Part shown: piece after piece, positions 38,316 to 52,304 of the stretch
Layout: each line of letters starts with the position of its first letter
Position numbering within the stretch: the stretch's first letter is position 1
Assembly (NCBI GenBank): GCA_030141605.1
Contig: JAQGDQ010000190.1
Span: 248,001 to 312,000 of the forward strand
Direction: 5' to 3'
DNA from: Tubiluchus corallicola
Lineage: Eukaryota > Animalia > Priapulida
Length of the DNA: 64,000 nucleotides
Notes under the pieces: model-generated
What the model was told of the DNA's origin: nothing
Seen by the model: only the letters and a program-made list of their open reading frames with translations
Databases searched by the model: none
Program-made: the position numbers and the translations under genes

Positions 38316-41300
38316 CAGTTTCCACGATATGTAGGCCTCACAGCACTAATGATTTGCTGTAGAAGCTCGTGAATTCATAAGAGCCAGGAGAACCACGAAA
38401 AGGTGTTAAAATTGTCACACTGTCACAGTAGAACGTCAATGGTACTTTGCTGTTTGTTTGAATGAACTAAAAATAACGCAATTTTCAAATTTCTACAGTT
38501 TTTATTGGCCTACAAATAAAGAGAAAAATGAGAAAACGATTGCCACTTACTAAATAAAAAAGTCGCTTGCTCAAGTTTTAATCTGGAAGCAAAGCCAGTA
38601 AATATAATACATATATCTAACGTAGCACGAATTCCTTCTTGTTCTGCATGTTGTAACAATAGGAAACCAAGTTGCAAATTTATGAATTAAAATAAATTAA
38701 TAGGATAATACGGTGTTTCCCTTACGTTAATTAGCAAGTTCCACTACCCGGTTTTTCATAGTTTCACAGTTAAAGTGCAATATCACATTTCTTATTTTAA
38801 GGAATCTTTACATTTTTGAGCACGAAAACATGCAATTTACGTCTTCCTGCGTGTGCAATTTGTGACGCTCATGTTATCTGTTGTACTGAGCTATTTTTCA
38901 TAAACCAGTTCTTGTTGGCTGTAATTTATAACGGGAAGCATATTATGTCTTTAGATCTGTTATTAGACAACGAAAAATTATCTTTAAGTACGTATATACC
39001 TCATATTTAACCTTATATATAATAACATCTTTGTTTAAGAGATTACAGTTTGTAAACAATGATTGTAATTGAGTCTCATTAAGCCATCAATGCCCATCAT
39101 CACATACAACTTTGTTCCAGCTTCGTCCTAAGACGTCATAGAAAGCAAGAGCCAACTATACACATACGGCCAAATAATTTATACACTTTAAATAAATTAT
39201 AAACTGACACCCACAAAGTACTGTAAAATAGCTCGGCGTGACATTTTTTCACGTTCGGGTTGGAACTTACGTCGGCATTACAAAAGCGGCCAACATAATT
39301 AATGCCCGCGGTAATGTACACTAATATACGTCATTCTGGGATTTGGTTTTCAGTGAACCAACTGACAGCTGCAAAGACCAACAAGAGAAAAAAACGATAA
39401 CTCGTCGAACAGTTAGCAGTTAATGGCTCTAATCACATGTGCTTTATCATATCTGATAAATCAGTTTACAAATGGTGGCCCTACTACATTGTTTTAGGTG
39501 CAAACCTCATCTGTATAATTAAGGATGGGATGCGATCAATGATGATGAGAAATATTTAATAAAATAATAGAAAAAGTTATATATACGGTGCTTCTATTTA
39601 CAAGCATTTGTAATGTTTCATTGGCAATCGGAGAGGAATCAAAGTCAAAGGATGACAAATTCTTCTACTGCTCCACTGAAAGAGAAATGTTTGGTATGCC
39701 ATTTTATGGCAACATGGTTTAACTGATTTTGCAAAACAAACGAAGAAAAACGTTCTCTAACAGTAAACATGTACCGTACAACTTCGTTCATGTTCTTCTC
39801 TCATTGCAGAAGGTTATATCAAGTTATTGCTGCATTTCAAAATAACTGGTATTGTAAGCAGTACTAAGCAATTTCCTTAAGGTCCCTTGCTGGAATATGG
39901 TTTTTATCAAAACAAAAAAATGTTGTAACGCTACATTGACAAAGGCAAATGAATGCGTACTTATTAACAAGAACCAGATAAAATTTCAATTCGCGACAAA
40001 TATGTTTATCTAGGTATAGTCTAACAAAAGGCTTAAAAGAAGGTTAAATAAAATTCTTTGATATGAATACCTCACATTATAGCAGTGAGCAGGTTTTTAA
40101 CAAGTTTATGAATACGCCATACCACGCACTGATCTTTTCATAAACGCCGAATACTCACGTCACTATAGTTTCCATCAGCTTAGAAAGATTAGGCTAGATT
40201 GTGTCTATTCTTTACATCTTTAGTGATTACACGGAGTAGCATTACACAGTCAGTGCACACAATTCCACTAGTCTAGCCCATTATCAAGCGCACAAGCTAG
40301 CAGGACTGAATCAATACCCAAGCCCTAATAAATACTCCACTGACTGCCGTATAAACGTTCTTTGTGCGGTGGGGAGGCAAAGATTTTTCACCTCTCTTAG
40401 CCCGTATGGCATTTCGACCTCAGACTCAACTTTAATCAGACCTCCGATTACTCTTAAGTGTAATCAGTGCTAATGATAAAACTTGAATAGATGAATATAC
40501 GCAAATCGATCCACGCTTTATTGTAGTAAGCTAATAACTTTCAAATCTATTTTTAGTTTTATCGAATCCCTCGCGGTTGTCAAAATAAATGCATGAAGGT
40601 AGGGAAGCAGAAACAGATAATAGAAAGCCTCTTTTACTATACAGCCTGTGCACTAGCCCTATATAAGTCTCTCCTGGTAGATGTTATTTAATCAGTGCAT
40701 AGGTGCTTAATATAATATCATTTTATAAAATTTGCTTATAGTTTTGCACGTCTTTATTATTTACGGTTAATCTCAATACATGTCAGATTTCTATCATATT
40801 TTACCCAATTCAGACATAGGCAATGAGATTTGCTCAGTTTGTTAAGCTCTCATCACCTCACAGTACGAACGCAATGAAATTGAAAAAAAGTTACCGCAAT
40901 CATTTAGAACACAACCCATTTTAAAATAAAAGAATTTTTAAAGCCACAAGTACTATCATGATGTAATGGTGAACGATGAAAAGCCACGGAAAAAAGTTAG
41001 AATTTTGGCTAGGAAAAGGTCCCAATTATTTTTGGCTAGGGCAAGAGTTATATCGTTTTTTCTGTGGCTTTCTTACCTGGATTCGATGTTATTATGACAT
41101 TCAAAGACGACCACATTACGGTAATATTACAGTCAACGAACATAAAGACAATGACGCTGATAACAATGATGACTGACATCACCTTGATAACGGTTACAGA
41201 GATCACCCTTACAGCTATAAAATATAAATAGTATTAAAAATATAATGTCTGATTATCTTCGATTAAAGAAGAGCTAATTAGGTCGACTTGTGTAGTTATG

Positions 41301-44300
41301 CATTTAAAGAAACGGCAAAAACTAAAACAACACAAGTCGTCTTTTTGCAGAGCTGTCTTGAAGTAAAACTGTTGCAGTAAAACTATGCATTTCAACTTAC
41401 ACAATCAGCGCCTTTGCCAAGCTGCCAACATTACTGAGCAAGTCGAATTCTCTCCAAACACGAGCTTATCTAGCCTCCACACGTTCTACACAATGAAACT
41501 GTGTTTCAACTCGCTGAATCACAGAAATGAGCATAATTTTGATACCATAATTATTATCTTCAAGGGAACGCTGATCTGTAATGGCTAGAAATGTGAACGA
41601 CCGGGACAAGTAGGAGCAAAACTCGAAGGATTTCATTTCATGTAGACTAAACAGTTAGAAAAAGATATAGGATTATAATTACACATTGCATACTTTATTA
41701 TAAACTAACTTAACCGATAAGTTTACCAGATGCTAGAAAACAGAACATAGAGAAATTTATGATCATGTATAATTAAAAGCTCAGTAATTACGTTTACTCT
41801 TACTTGTAAAAGTGACAGTGCTGCTGTCCAATTAGAGGCAAATAAGCGAAATTTGCTGTTGCCTTTGTGTTATCCAAGACAAGTAAGCCAGTTACAAGAG
41901 AACCAAGAAAACACAACCTATCGCGCCACACACAAACTGATAATAGTATTGCCACTTGATATGCTCTATTACCCAGAGCGTAAATGCGGCGGGTGGCATC
42001 ATTGCGTTGCGACAGGGGTGGGTGGTGGGGATGTGCAAGCAATTTGTTGCACGAAGTTCTGAAATATGATGCACCTGCTGTTGTAGATTAAAGCAACTTA
42101 AACGACATTCACAATAACACCAAGTCTAATGTAAATTATGTAAAGATAGTTTGGACCCATTCCTGCGTAACGCTTAACAAGTTAGGTGGGACGTTTAGCA
42201 ATCTTGTGATATTACGCAGTCCACGTCCTGCAATCACGTCTGATTTTTTCATTGTTGCCACAACAACAACGATAACGATGACGGCGCGATGCGTGACAGG
42301 TTTGACCATTTAAGCCCCATTCTTGGAATGGATTCAAAAATGTTATCCGACATTGCCAACCACTGGACAGCTCAGATACTTTTATCTGCGATACGTCCGC
42401 GAGGTTTGTTAGTTGAATTTTGACTATTTGTGAAAGGTTGCAATTCTTCTGCAAGCCGAATCCTGGACCTGCGGCAGAAGCTAAAAAAAGTAGAAACTTG
42501 TGGCAGGACCGGAATCTAGCTCATTTTCAACATTTTCAACCATGAATTCATTTATTATTGACATAATAGACTCGTGTTAACTTCTGTCAGTACTCACGTT
42601 TTTAATATGACAGATACTAAAACTCAACTAGAGATGAAATAACTATGTGCATAAAACACTACATAATTACATATAAAAACGGCACGAAAGGGTTCTAAAT
42701 TATAAAAAGTGCATAATGCTGTAAATGAGCTTACTATTACTTCATATTAACTACTAGTTTCATTTTTAATATCATATTTATAGAGAGAGAAGTAGCTGGA
42801 AGGTCACCTAGCCAACGGAGATAAGCACGATGGCCCTGAACAGTAAATGGATAGATGACTGCCAAGGAAGTACTTAATGAATTACTAAAAAACCAAAAAT
42901 ATAAACCTTGTTGTCAAAACACATTTCCTCTATCCCTTTATCATTAGTAAACTATATGTAAAATAAAACAAATCATATTTGATTTGAATGGAGAAAACGC
43001 TTTTATTTCCTTAATAGCATCGTGAACATTGTAATAATTATGGGATGACGTCACCTAAAGCATAGTGTAGCTCAAATGAACAAAGTCAACCTACCTGTTT
43101 ATTTTTCTTCTACTAGTGAATTTGGTACAGATTTTTGCATTTATTATTATGGAGACTATGGTGTTGTGCTCCACGGATTCTATCATGAGTATCATATGTT
43201 ATTGGATGTCTATTATGACTCACACGCAAGCTATAAAAGCTCTCTGCTCAGCAAACTGCTTTGGGTACACTGGAGGCTGATTGGCGGTAAACGCATATAC
43301 TGGTTTGGTAAATGCATGACTGCTTGCCGCCATACAATATTGAAACTGCAATCCGTGGGTGAACAGTCACTGCGAGTGTTGTTGCATATTATCATCCTCT
43401 TCATCAATATTATTTTTCATCAGCCTGGCTGCTAGGCAAGACGTAATTATATGTTAGACTTTTATCTAGTGGTTTTGGCTAAACCATCGCCACTGTCACC
43501 CGACTTACCACCATTTGGAACAACAAGAAACATTAAACCTCGCGAAATGTAGATACACGTAGTACATACATTCTACGCTTTAATTCTGGGTAGTGTTTGC
43601 TCTAATTCTTTATCAAATGAAGTATTAATTAGTTGTGATACCCGTTACTCCTTTTATTAGTAAACATTTATTAGCACCTTGCATTTAACATTTGAACCTT
43701 AGAGGTGCTTCCATCAGACATTGTCTGTATTGTAAATCAACATTAAACAAATAAAGTTAAAACTAAGCAAAAACACGACATTTATAGTTTCAAAAGCGCA
43801 TTAATCTTTGCTACCGTAGGCTAAGAACTGCATGTGCTTGCTTGTTGCTTCGTATGTGGGAGATCGTAGGTTCAAAACTTAAATTGTATCGCGGGTTTTT
43901 CTTGTCACCCACGCTGGTTTCTCGGCATAATGTATTCGACTTGCTATCTCCTATGCAAGCCTTAGAATCTAGGCCTGTAATGTTAATTGCTTGGCGTATG
44001 AGTAAAGGCATTTTCGCAACATTATACTAATAAACGTCTAGCAAGACAGCAAGTTCCTAATCACTTACAATTAAAGGAAGACGTCTTTCAGATTCATAAC
44101 ACGTAGCAAACAATTGAATTGCAACAATTTTTAGGGTCTCTCTAATCTCTATGTGGTTTGTCTGATTACAATTACCGCGGCACGCCTTTACAAAGAAAAA
44201 GAATTTTTTTAAATGTACTTAACATGTTTCTGATTGTCATTCACGTAGCAACGTAGCCCATTGCAAATGTTAGTGGTTCTCACTTAAGATTAGATTTTTC

Positions 44301-45256
44301 ATTTCACTTTAAACTGAAAGAAATCTAAAGAATATTAAATCAGCAAAAGCAATAGCTAATCTATGGCTAATGCTAGAGCAATAGCTCAATGTAATAGCTA
44401 TTTGAGAGCTTTAACTAGTGGACACTTCACCTGAGTGTGGCTGTGTTGCTACTGTCCATTATTAACAGGCATAAAGATGGCCATCATCTTATTTCTGCAT
44501 AACATTTGGAATCACTTAACGTCAATAATGTCATGAAATTCATAATCTACTCTTGTGCCTCTACTGCCCTCTAGTCGCAGAGTTGGCTTATGTAGTGCTG
44601 AACAAAGCTCGCCATTGTGGAAAATCGAGTAAAACCTGTCATAAAACATCTGAGCTTATACACTGAACTGTTTGCACCTGCTCTTAATTGCATCGTCTAC
44701 TACTTCCATTTATAACGACTATATATGCCCCTTTACGAGCATTTCAGAATGGGAGTCAAACATGCAATATTTGGCTAAATATTTACATTACTACGATGGA
44801 CCCAGGTTTGTGTCATTTGCAGTTTAGTATTATTTTCATTCTTACTTATTTATTGGCATACTAAATTACAAGCATATGACAGTGATGCATCTTTAGCGTC
44901 TGCTGAAAAGTATGGCAATGTTGATTAGAAATATTAATAATACATATAGCTTTCGTAATAAGTCTTTTATTTATACATGTATGTACCAAATTAATATTTA
45001 AAAATCATACATAAAAGCATTCTATGTTTTAAGTCAAATTTGTTATAAAAATACTTTTTGCATTCAAACTTTATGATGTGCGCATATTACGTGCCTACCA
45101 ATGAGTACCAAAAAGAGTATCAATAAAATTGCTTCTTAGCATTTTACCATACGTAACCTGGACATGCTGAAAAATGTAAGGTAGTTCAAGATATTATTTT
45201 GGTTTCATCAGTTATTCGAAAATATATCAACAAAAGCTACATGAGCAGCAGCATCT

Positions 45257-45788
45257 CCATCATTATCATCATAACCATCATCATCATTATCAACAGAACT
45301 ATTATCATCATTATCATCATCACATGATCATCATGATCTTCATCATTATCATCATCGTCAGGGCCTATTTCAGCCTAAGCAAGGCCTGGGGACGTGGGGC
45401 GTGTGCGGCCCCCTCGGGGGGGGGGGGGGCGTGGGCGGCACCACCATGGTTGGCGGCCAGAAAATTTTTGAACTGCTAGAATGCCGGAGAAGCATTTTCG
45501 AAGAGAAAATAGCGAGGAGGCAGTATGTTCGCATAAAGCAAAAAAATTTTACCTAGGCACGAGGCCCCCCTGGAGGGTGAACCCCCGTGGAAGTATCCCC
45601 ACTTCCCCCCTGAAATAGGCGCTGATCATCGTTATCACTGCGCTCATCATCGCCATCGTCCTTGTCATCATCATCATCATCATCGTTACTGTTATTATTG
45701 TCATCATCGTCATTGCGATTGCATCGTCATCATCACCGCCGTCGTGGTCGTGATCATCATCATCATCATCAGCAGCAGCAGCAGCAGC
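45257..45788. repeat. Degenerate (CAT)n/(CGT)/(CAG)n trinucleotide tract split by a MITE
   Basis: CAT-rich at 45257-45358 and from 45625 on, ending in a (CAG)n run. Confidence 0.85.
45359..45624. mobile_element. hAT-superfamily MITE, 266 bp
   Basis: TIRs CAGGGCCTATTTCAG and CTGAAATAGGCGCTG match 14/15. Perfect 8-bp TSD ATCATCGT at 45351-45358 and 45625-45632. GC-rich interior with a poly-G run. Confidence 0.9.
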
Positions 45789-48700
45789 TTTCCTGGAACA
45801 AATTCTTCGCCTAAACAGAAAATTTATTTTGATTGGTAGGAAAATTAATCAAAATTTAACCAGCGGAAATAATTAACGAATTCATTTTACTGCACTTGCT
45901 CTAAAGCAGGCAAGTGAGACATTTCAGATATAGATTTCCTATTACTGCTTACTTCACATATTATTGTGTTAAAGTGTTCTAGCGACGCGGCAAACAGACG
46001 TCTCGTCGTTTCCATTTTTTTAGTGTGCTAACTCCTTCTCTGAGTTATAGAAGATTTCGAGGCGTGCATAAATTTGTGATTTTTGTGCAATCTTTAAATA
46101 CGAGGAAGCGTTTTTCTGCCCGGACTTATTTATTTTGTTTTCTGCCAAATACCTCCCAAAAACTGTTTTGTATTTTGCTACCATTTTGGTTAGCACATTT
46201 AAATGGAATTTTCATCCAACACCAACAGATCAATCTGGAGCACAAGAGAAGAAAGACGAACACGGTCACTATTATATTAGACCATTGTTAAGCCGCGTCC
46301 ACAGACAACCTTACTCTCACCACCCACTGATTCTGATTTCCTCCCTCACACGTTTGCTCGCTGCTAGCGTGCTTTGTACTACTGCAGCTGCAAAAATTTG
46401 AAAGCGCCAGAGGGAGCGATCTGCGGAGGCATTAGTCTTATTATCATGCAAACGTAGCACAAATAGCAGACCAAAAGTCAATCTAGCCGTGTTTGCTGGT
46501 TTGCTACATGACATACTCGTCTGGGTGTGACGGTCATTTGCATGTCTATTGCTATTCAAAACAACGCTGAACGTCGTTCCCCACACGCGTTATTAATTAC
46601 TGCATCAGTGACCAAATGAGGAAAAGTAGAGTCATTGCAATGACATTGTCATTTAGCTAGGAATGCAATTTTATCGCTAGGTTTACCCACACTATCCTAA
46701 CACCATATCCGCGTACAACGTGTCATAGAATTTAATGGTTTTATGATTTTACAAATATTGTTCGAACATTGCATACAGATGTGAATGTATGTGGAGGCTA
46801 ATTGCTATCTCCTTTTAGGAAAAATACAATAGTCTCAACGACTGAAGACTCACCCTTGAATAGTCATATTCTGAACATTTTGGCAGTGCATATGTCATCC
46901 CAGCAGCAGAAACTGCAAGCCTTAAATACTAATAATGCTATTAATAATAATAATAATAATAGTATTAAAATTTACAAACATTAATTAATTTTAGAGTGTA
47001 GTTTCTGTTAATGATGGCGCTAAACAATACCGAAACTTTCATATTTTGATTGTTCAAGGCTGGAAATCTTCAATGATATTATCTAGTGGCTGTTCTGGCT
47101 CATCTGGCAACATTGTTTCCACTAAAATTACGATCTCCGAGTGATAGGTATTCCTTTTGAAATGACTTCTTGCTGTAATATTGAATAGTATTCACCTCTG
47201 CCGGTATTATCTTTTACAGGATCATTTTTGATAAAGGACCCATTTACAATTACCCGCAATGGCCCTGCATTAAGTATGCTCTGCCGTTGAACATTGGGTG
47301 GCTTCCAAAGTACAAAACTGTAAATAAAAACCATTGTAAAGACTTCACCTTTAAATTACTGGACACAACGTGAGAGTATTGATATTGAGTATCAAGTAAT
47401 GATTATTCATTAACTGGCTATAGCTGTTTGTCTTGGTATGAATGATTAAAGTTTCTGATTTGGACTAACTGATTAGGTGTCTGACTTAACTGCAGTAATA
47501 TTGTCCAGTTGTAATCAGTATTTTTCGTAAGTGATCATTCTTGAATAATGATGAATGTTCAGTTCTGAACTCCTTTCTATTTCGTTTCTCTTCTCTTTTT
47601 GTCCATTTTTGCTCTATTTCTTCATCTTTACTATTATCTTTTCTTCTATAAATTCTTTCTCTGGTTAATTAATCAGTTTTTTCCACTTTTCATGGTGGTT
47701 TCACAAGCTTTGCTTCTCGACCGTCATGCAGCATCTATTTCTGGTTGATAAACTATTTTCCAGTTTAGTAAGTATATCAGTGTAGTTCTGTTACAATTAC
47801 TGATACTATATTTGATTTTTTATAGTTATAGTGCATAATAGTTATAAGATAATAGTGCAAATTGTAATGTAAAATTATATGTTGATGTGGATAATATTCT
47901 ACAAGTTACAGAGATTTAAATGTCATTTACTATTATTTTTTGCCTCTTTTCAGTCACAGTCGACAGCTCTTTAAATTCTCATGTGCAACCAGGGCAAACC
48001 GTCACCATCATTATTGTCTCTCCATTATGTATTTTATGTAGTATGAGAGTTGTTAAAACTGTGCGTGCAAACGTGAAACATTTTGTAGATAATTGCACAT
48101 AAATCCAGTATAACTAGAAACAGTTACTGACGTTACAGCTGAGAAACTAACGATTTATGACGTTACAAAATAAACTAAGATTTATTCTGCGACAGAAACT
48201 GCAAAATCTCTCCCTTCTGGCGGTGATCGGTGAAGTGTAAAAATAATTTCCTGCCGGCTTTATTGACATTAATCTCTTCTATAGTCAATTTGCAAAGCTT
48301 GCTGTTGTCTGCGCATAGTAGAGTAGATTCTGTCACTACTGCTACTCAATCAAACAGCACAAGCGTCAATGCATTTATACCATACAAATTATGCAGCCAA
48401 TGCAGAGTACAAGTTTATTGATAGATACACAAACTTAAATTTTTGATATAATTATAATTACTAGAATTGTCAAGGTGATGTTATTTATTAATCAACGAAT
48501 TCCAGTTTTATGAGCACATGAGCCGATAATAATAATATTAATATCATCCCGATCAACCCCAGTTATGTTTTTTCATGTTTTGGGTATATTGATTAATTAA
48601 GTCGTAGACTTTTTTCTTATGATACACTTTAATCGTAATTTGGACTTTAGGAACTAATCTGATTCAGTCAACTAAAAAGCAGTTCCTTTTTCATGCCAGT

Positions 48701-50117
48701 TAACCATTGACCTACAGAAAAATCACAGAAAAAATTTCACTTAGAAACGAATGACACATGAAGTTAGAGAATACGTACGGCAATACTGTATTAACTTTGT
48801 ACTACATGAACAAATACGTACTATATTATTTTAGATGCAAGCACTCATACAAGCTGCACGTTTTAGTTGTTTTGACTCACCAAAAAGGGGGAAAGTCAAA
48901 ATCCTTCTCTCTGAAGAATGAATGTTCTGTTACATGCTCTCTATCAACGTCCTGCATTCATTGGATTGAGTGGCGCAGTTAAGCAGCTTAAATACTTAAT
49001 TGTTTTAGTCGAATTTACGTAAGCCACTAAACAAAAATAGGTTTGTTGATCCGCCTTGCAGCAGCCCGTCCGCCCGCCTGCCAAGTATTGACGTACTGCC
49101 TACACTAGCATTTACTAATGACTGCTTAGCGGGCGATTATAAGGCAAGTGATCAGCGCTAAGTATTGATGCAAACGCACTCGTAGACGGCAAGATAATTA
49201 ACTGATAATGTGATTGTTGCTTTACAATAAGTTGCGTGACTGGCTGGATAATTGCGGATATATAACTGGTGGCTTTCGATGCTGGGATACAAACGCTCTT
49301 CCTCCTGGGCAAATCACTATAGTGTTCACTATTGACAAAACTACCGAGCTTTGAAAAGCCCATAAGCTAGCAGGCAGCTCCATTCCATCTTCTCCAACCT
49401 AGATGTGCTTCTCTTAGCGCGAATCATAGGAATGTGAATGTTGGACAGTATTGAGTGTCCGCGTCCACACGATGCTTTCACAGACGATGCTGACAGGCTC
49501 CTTCAGTAGACGCCTGGGTTTGTTTAATAAGCGATATTGAACATTATCAACTGCTGCTGGGGGTTCAGTGCCACTCACGGGAATTTTACTCTGTACAAGC
49601 TTATGCAAAGCTCCTTTTGAATGGCGAGCAAAACGGTCTTTCAAGACGACCTTCACATGATAAATGTGTTCTAATCCAGTTGAGAGAAAATGAAGACAAA
49701 TTCTGCGAGATACTTGATCACCATCGTAGATAAAAAGCGTTTTATTAATAATAGCTTTGTCAGTAAAGCATCCAGGACTTAATGATTCTTAACATTGAAA
49801 TTTAAATTTGCTTTACTTAACAGAATAAATTTTTGCCTATTCTTATTTTGTTCATTATACAGATCAAGCTAAAACTTGCTGGAAAATTCAGCTTCACAAT
49901 CACTTGGCCGATTTGGGCAAAAGCACGTTTTTGGTTTAATCAACTACACAAGCGTCTGGTTAGTGGTGCTTTCCGAATGATTTGCTTGACAAGCCTTTGG
50001 CATAGCAGTGTCTAGTTTTTTACTGGATTGCTGCTGTGTTTAAATATCTTGAGGGCAGATTTCTTTTATCTTAGATTTCTGTCTGCCCAGTGTCTACAAT
50101 AGACGTAATGGGTATGT

Positions 50118-50150
50118 CATGATGATGATGATGATGATGATGATATGATG
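50118..50150. repeat. (ATG)n microsatellite
   Basis: About 10 ATG units. Confidence 0.85.
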
Positions 50151-52237
50151 AAACGTCTGGTCTCCGTAAATTGAAAGCAGGTCTCTAAAATACCTTGACA
50201 GCGCTGTGAGAATATTTCATTCATAGACATTAAGGACCGCTTTTCGAAGTGCTAGATTTCAAAACAATTTTGTGCGGAAGTTTTTAATAAGTGTTTTTAG
50301 CAGAAAAACAGGATTTCAACCTCGATTATGATTATAGCAAGCTATTATTTTATTGATTTTAGTACGCCACCTTTATTATAACGTATTAATTTGTGCGTAG
50401 GAAAACTTTGTATCAATTTTTAGGTTTTTCATCTGTAGAATTTCTCTGCCTATAGTATACCGAAGTATAATAAACTGAAATAGGTATAATTAGCTCAACA
50501 TTTTTCAATGCAGAATCGTTTTGGCAATGACTAATGATCATCTAATAGATTAGTAATACGCGAATTTTCCACGTAGTGTTTGGTAGCCTATACGCTGTAA
50601 CACGCGATGCGAGCAATTCGATCGCTCCAGTGGTTTCACGAGAATAAAGCCCTGTGTGTTATGAGAGGGCGGATTGCGTGGCAGACACAATCAGCCCCGC
50701 AACGGCTTTCATTCAGCCCTCGTCAGGAGTACACAAGCCTCAAGCAAAATTTTAATTGTTGGCAAAAAGGCCGTGCAATTTAATGGCAATTTTGTAACAT
50801 AACTGGAATGGCGAGGACCTACAGAGGTTTGTGCGAGGGAGAAGAGGAGTGGTATTGACGCCCTATCGAAGCAATGGGCTGAATTTAAAGTGGAGGGCAA
50901 AGCTAAATGTAAAAACGATTATTATGTGCTTTGATCGTACAAAACAACGTTATTTAGTAGAACTGACAGACTAAATAACACGGTATGTGATTGCCAGCCA
51001 GCAGTTATGGCAGGGATCACCAAGGGAAGTACCGTTTCCGCCATGTGAGTGTAATGCAAGAACCGTAACCCTTTCAAAGCAACAGTTTTCAATGGAGGCA
51101 GTGAAATTTGAAAAGAATATGAAACAGATCAATTAAAACAATTTTGGCTTTCTGTCGTAAAGCTGCATTGAAACAGTTCATATAGAAAAGCGTAGTAATA
51201 CGTGTCCAGAAAGTTAGGAATTTCAAAAAAGTTATTTTAACCAAATTATAGATACGTATGCATGTTCTTGTTAATAGTTGTCAAACTCGACCTATGGCGA
51301 GTTAATTGCGTGCAAAACTCTTTAGACATATGGAATTTTTTTTAAATAACAAAAACCGAAACATTAATAGCGCATGATTAGGCATTCTAGATTAGATTAG
51401 TTACCAGCGCCACCCAGTGCACAAATTGACAAAATATTACGAGCCATTTTTTATAGTCTCCCAAAATTTTGCAAAGAAATGCTTAGTTTCTGGTACGTTA
51501 CTACTGCATGCAACCCAGACAAGCGAATATTACCTTCTCTAGCAACAATTATTTGTAGGATGGTGAAATAATTTCGTAGCCGCTCGGTTTGTACAGTTAA
51601 ACCCAGGGTAAAAATCACGATTGTATTCTGATATATATACAGACATTCGTTAAAAATAAACAGTCAACCAAAACGAAAGAAAAATCGGTTTTTGTCTGTT
51701 CTGGCCCATCAAAATGTGACGTAAACGTATTAATATTTTGGAGCTATGATGGTATTGATGTTAAATCTTTATTTTCGTAAATACATATAGACAGGCAGTT
51801 CTGTAAAAATGTAATGTAATGTAAAATTTACTTATATAGCGCACTACACCATTGAAAATCTCAGCACGTTGAACAATAAAATGTATTCAAAATTCATAAA
51901 ATCTAAAGGACCTTAAAAATTAAAAAAAATTTCATCATAAAATGTACAATATAAACAAATGTGTTTTAAGATGTTAAAAGAATGTAATGAATTTGCAGAA
52001 AGTAGGACGTATTTGCAAAAATACTTCTGGTGCAAAATGCGCTGAAAATTTAATTGGAAGTTCAAATCGCTAATAAGCAATTATTAATTATAATCGTGTT
52101 GATAACTTGATTTCGTTAGTGACTTTTAAATTTCGAATCATCGGTGCACGGAATTATACGAGGCGACGCATTATGAGCTTAATAACTTGATCTTATGCTT
52201 GACTAAATCCGGTAATTGAGCAGCCTGGGTAATGATG

Positions 52238-52304
52238 GTAATGCTGAGCTCGGTTGTAAAAACTGACAAGTAATGCTGAGCTCGGTTGTAAAAACTGACA
52301 AGTA
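52238..52304. repeat. Perfect 32-bp tandem duplication
   Basis: GTAATGCTGAGCTCGGTTGTAAAAACTGACAA twice, followed by GTA. Confidence 0.92.

Larger units (their letters stand above)
36294..40128. repeat. Local inverted duplication (left arm 36294-~37465 with insertions, right arm ~39710-40128)
   Basis: ATGGCGTATTCATAAACTTGTTA / TAACAAGTTTATGAATACGCCAT, ATAATGTGAGGTATTCATAT / ATATGAATACCTCACATTAT, AACTTGATATAACCTTCTGCAATGA / TCATTGCAGAAGGTTATATCAAGTT, and CTTCGTTTGTTTTGCAAAATC / GATTTTGCAAAACAAACGAAG. Confidence 0.85.

Noticed and set aside
38071-38362. TH-repeat and CV-repeat ORFs
   Set aside because: These are translations of the (GT)n microsatellite.
49115-49656. ORFs with a possible integrase-like AHLG motif
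   Set aside because: The match needs frameshifts and has no supporting RT, RNase H, DDE motif or LTRs.
52238-52304. CRISPR-like 32-bp repeat
   Set aside because: Only two adjacent copies with no spacer, in a eukaryotic context with no cas genes.
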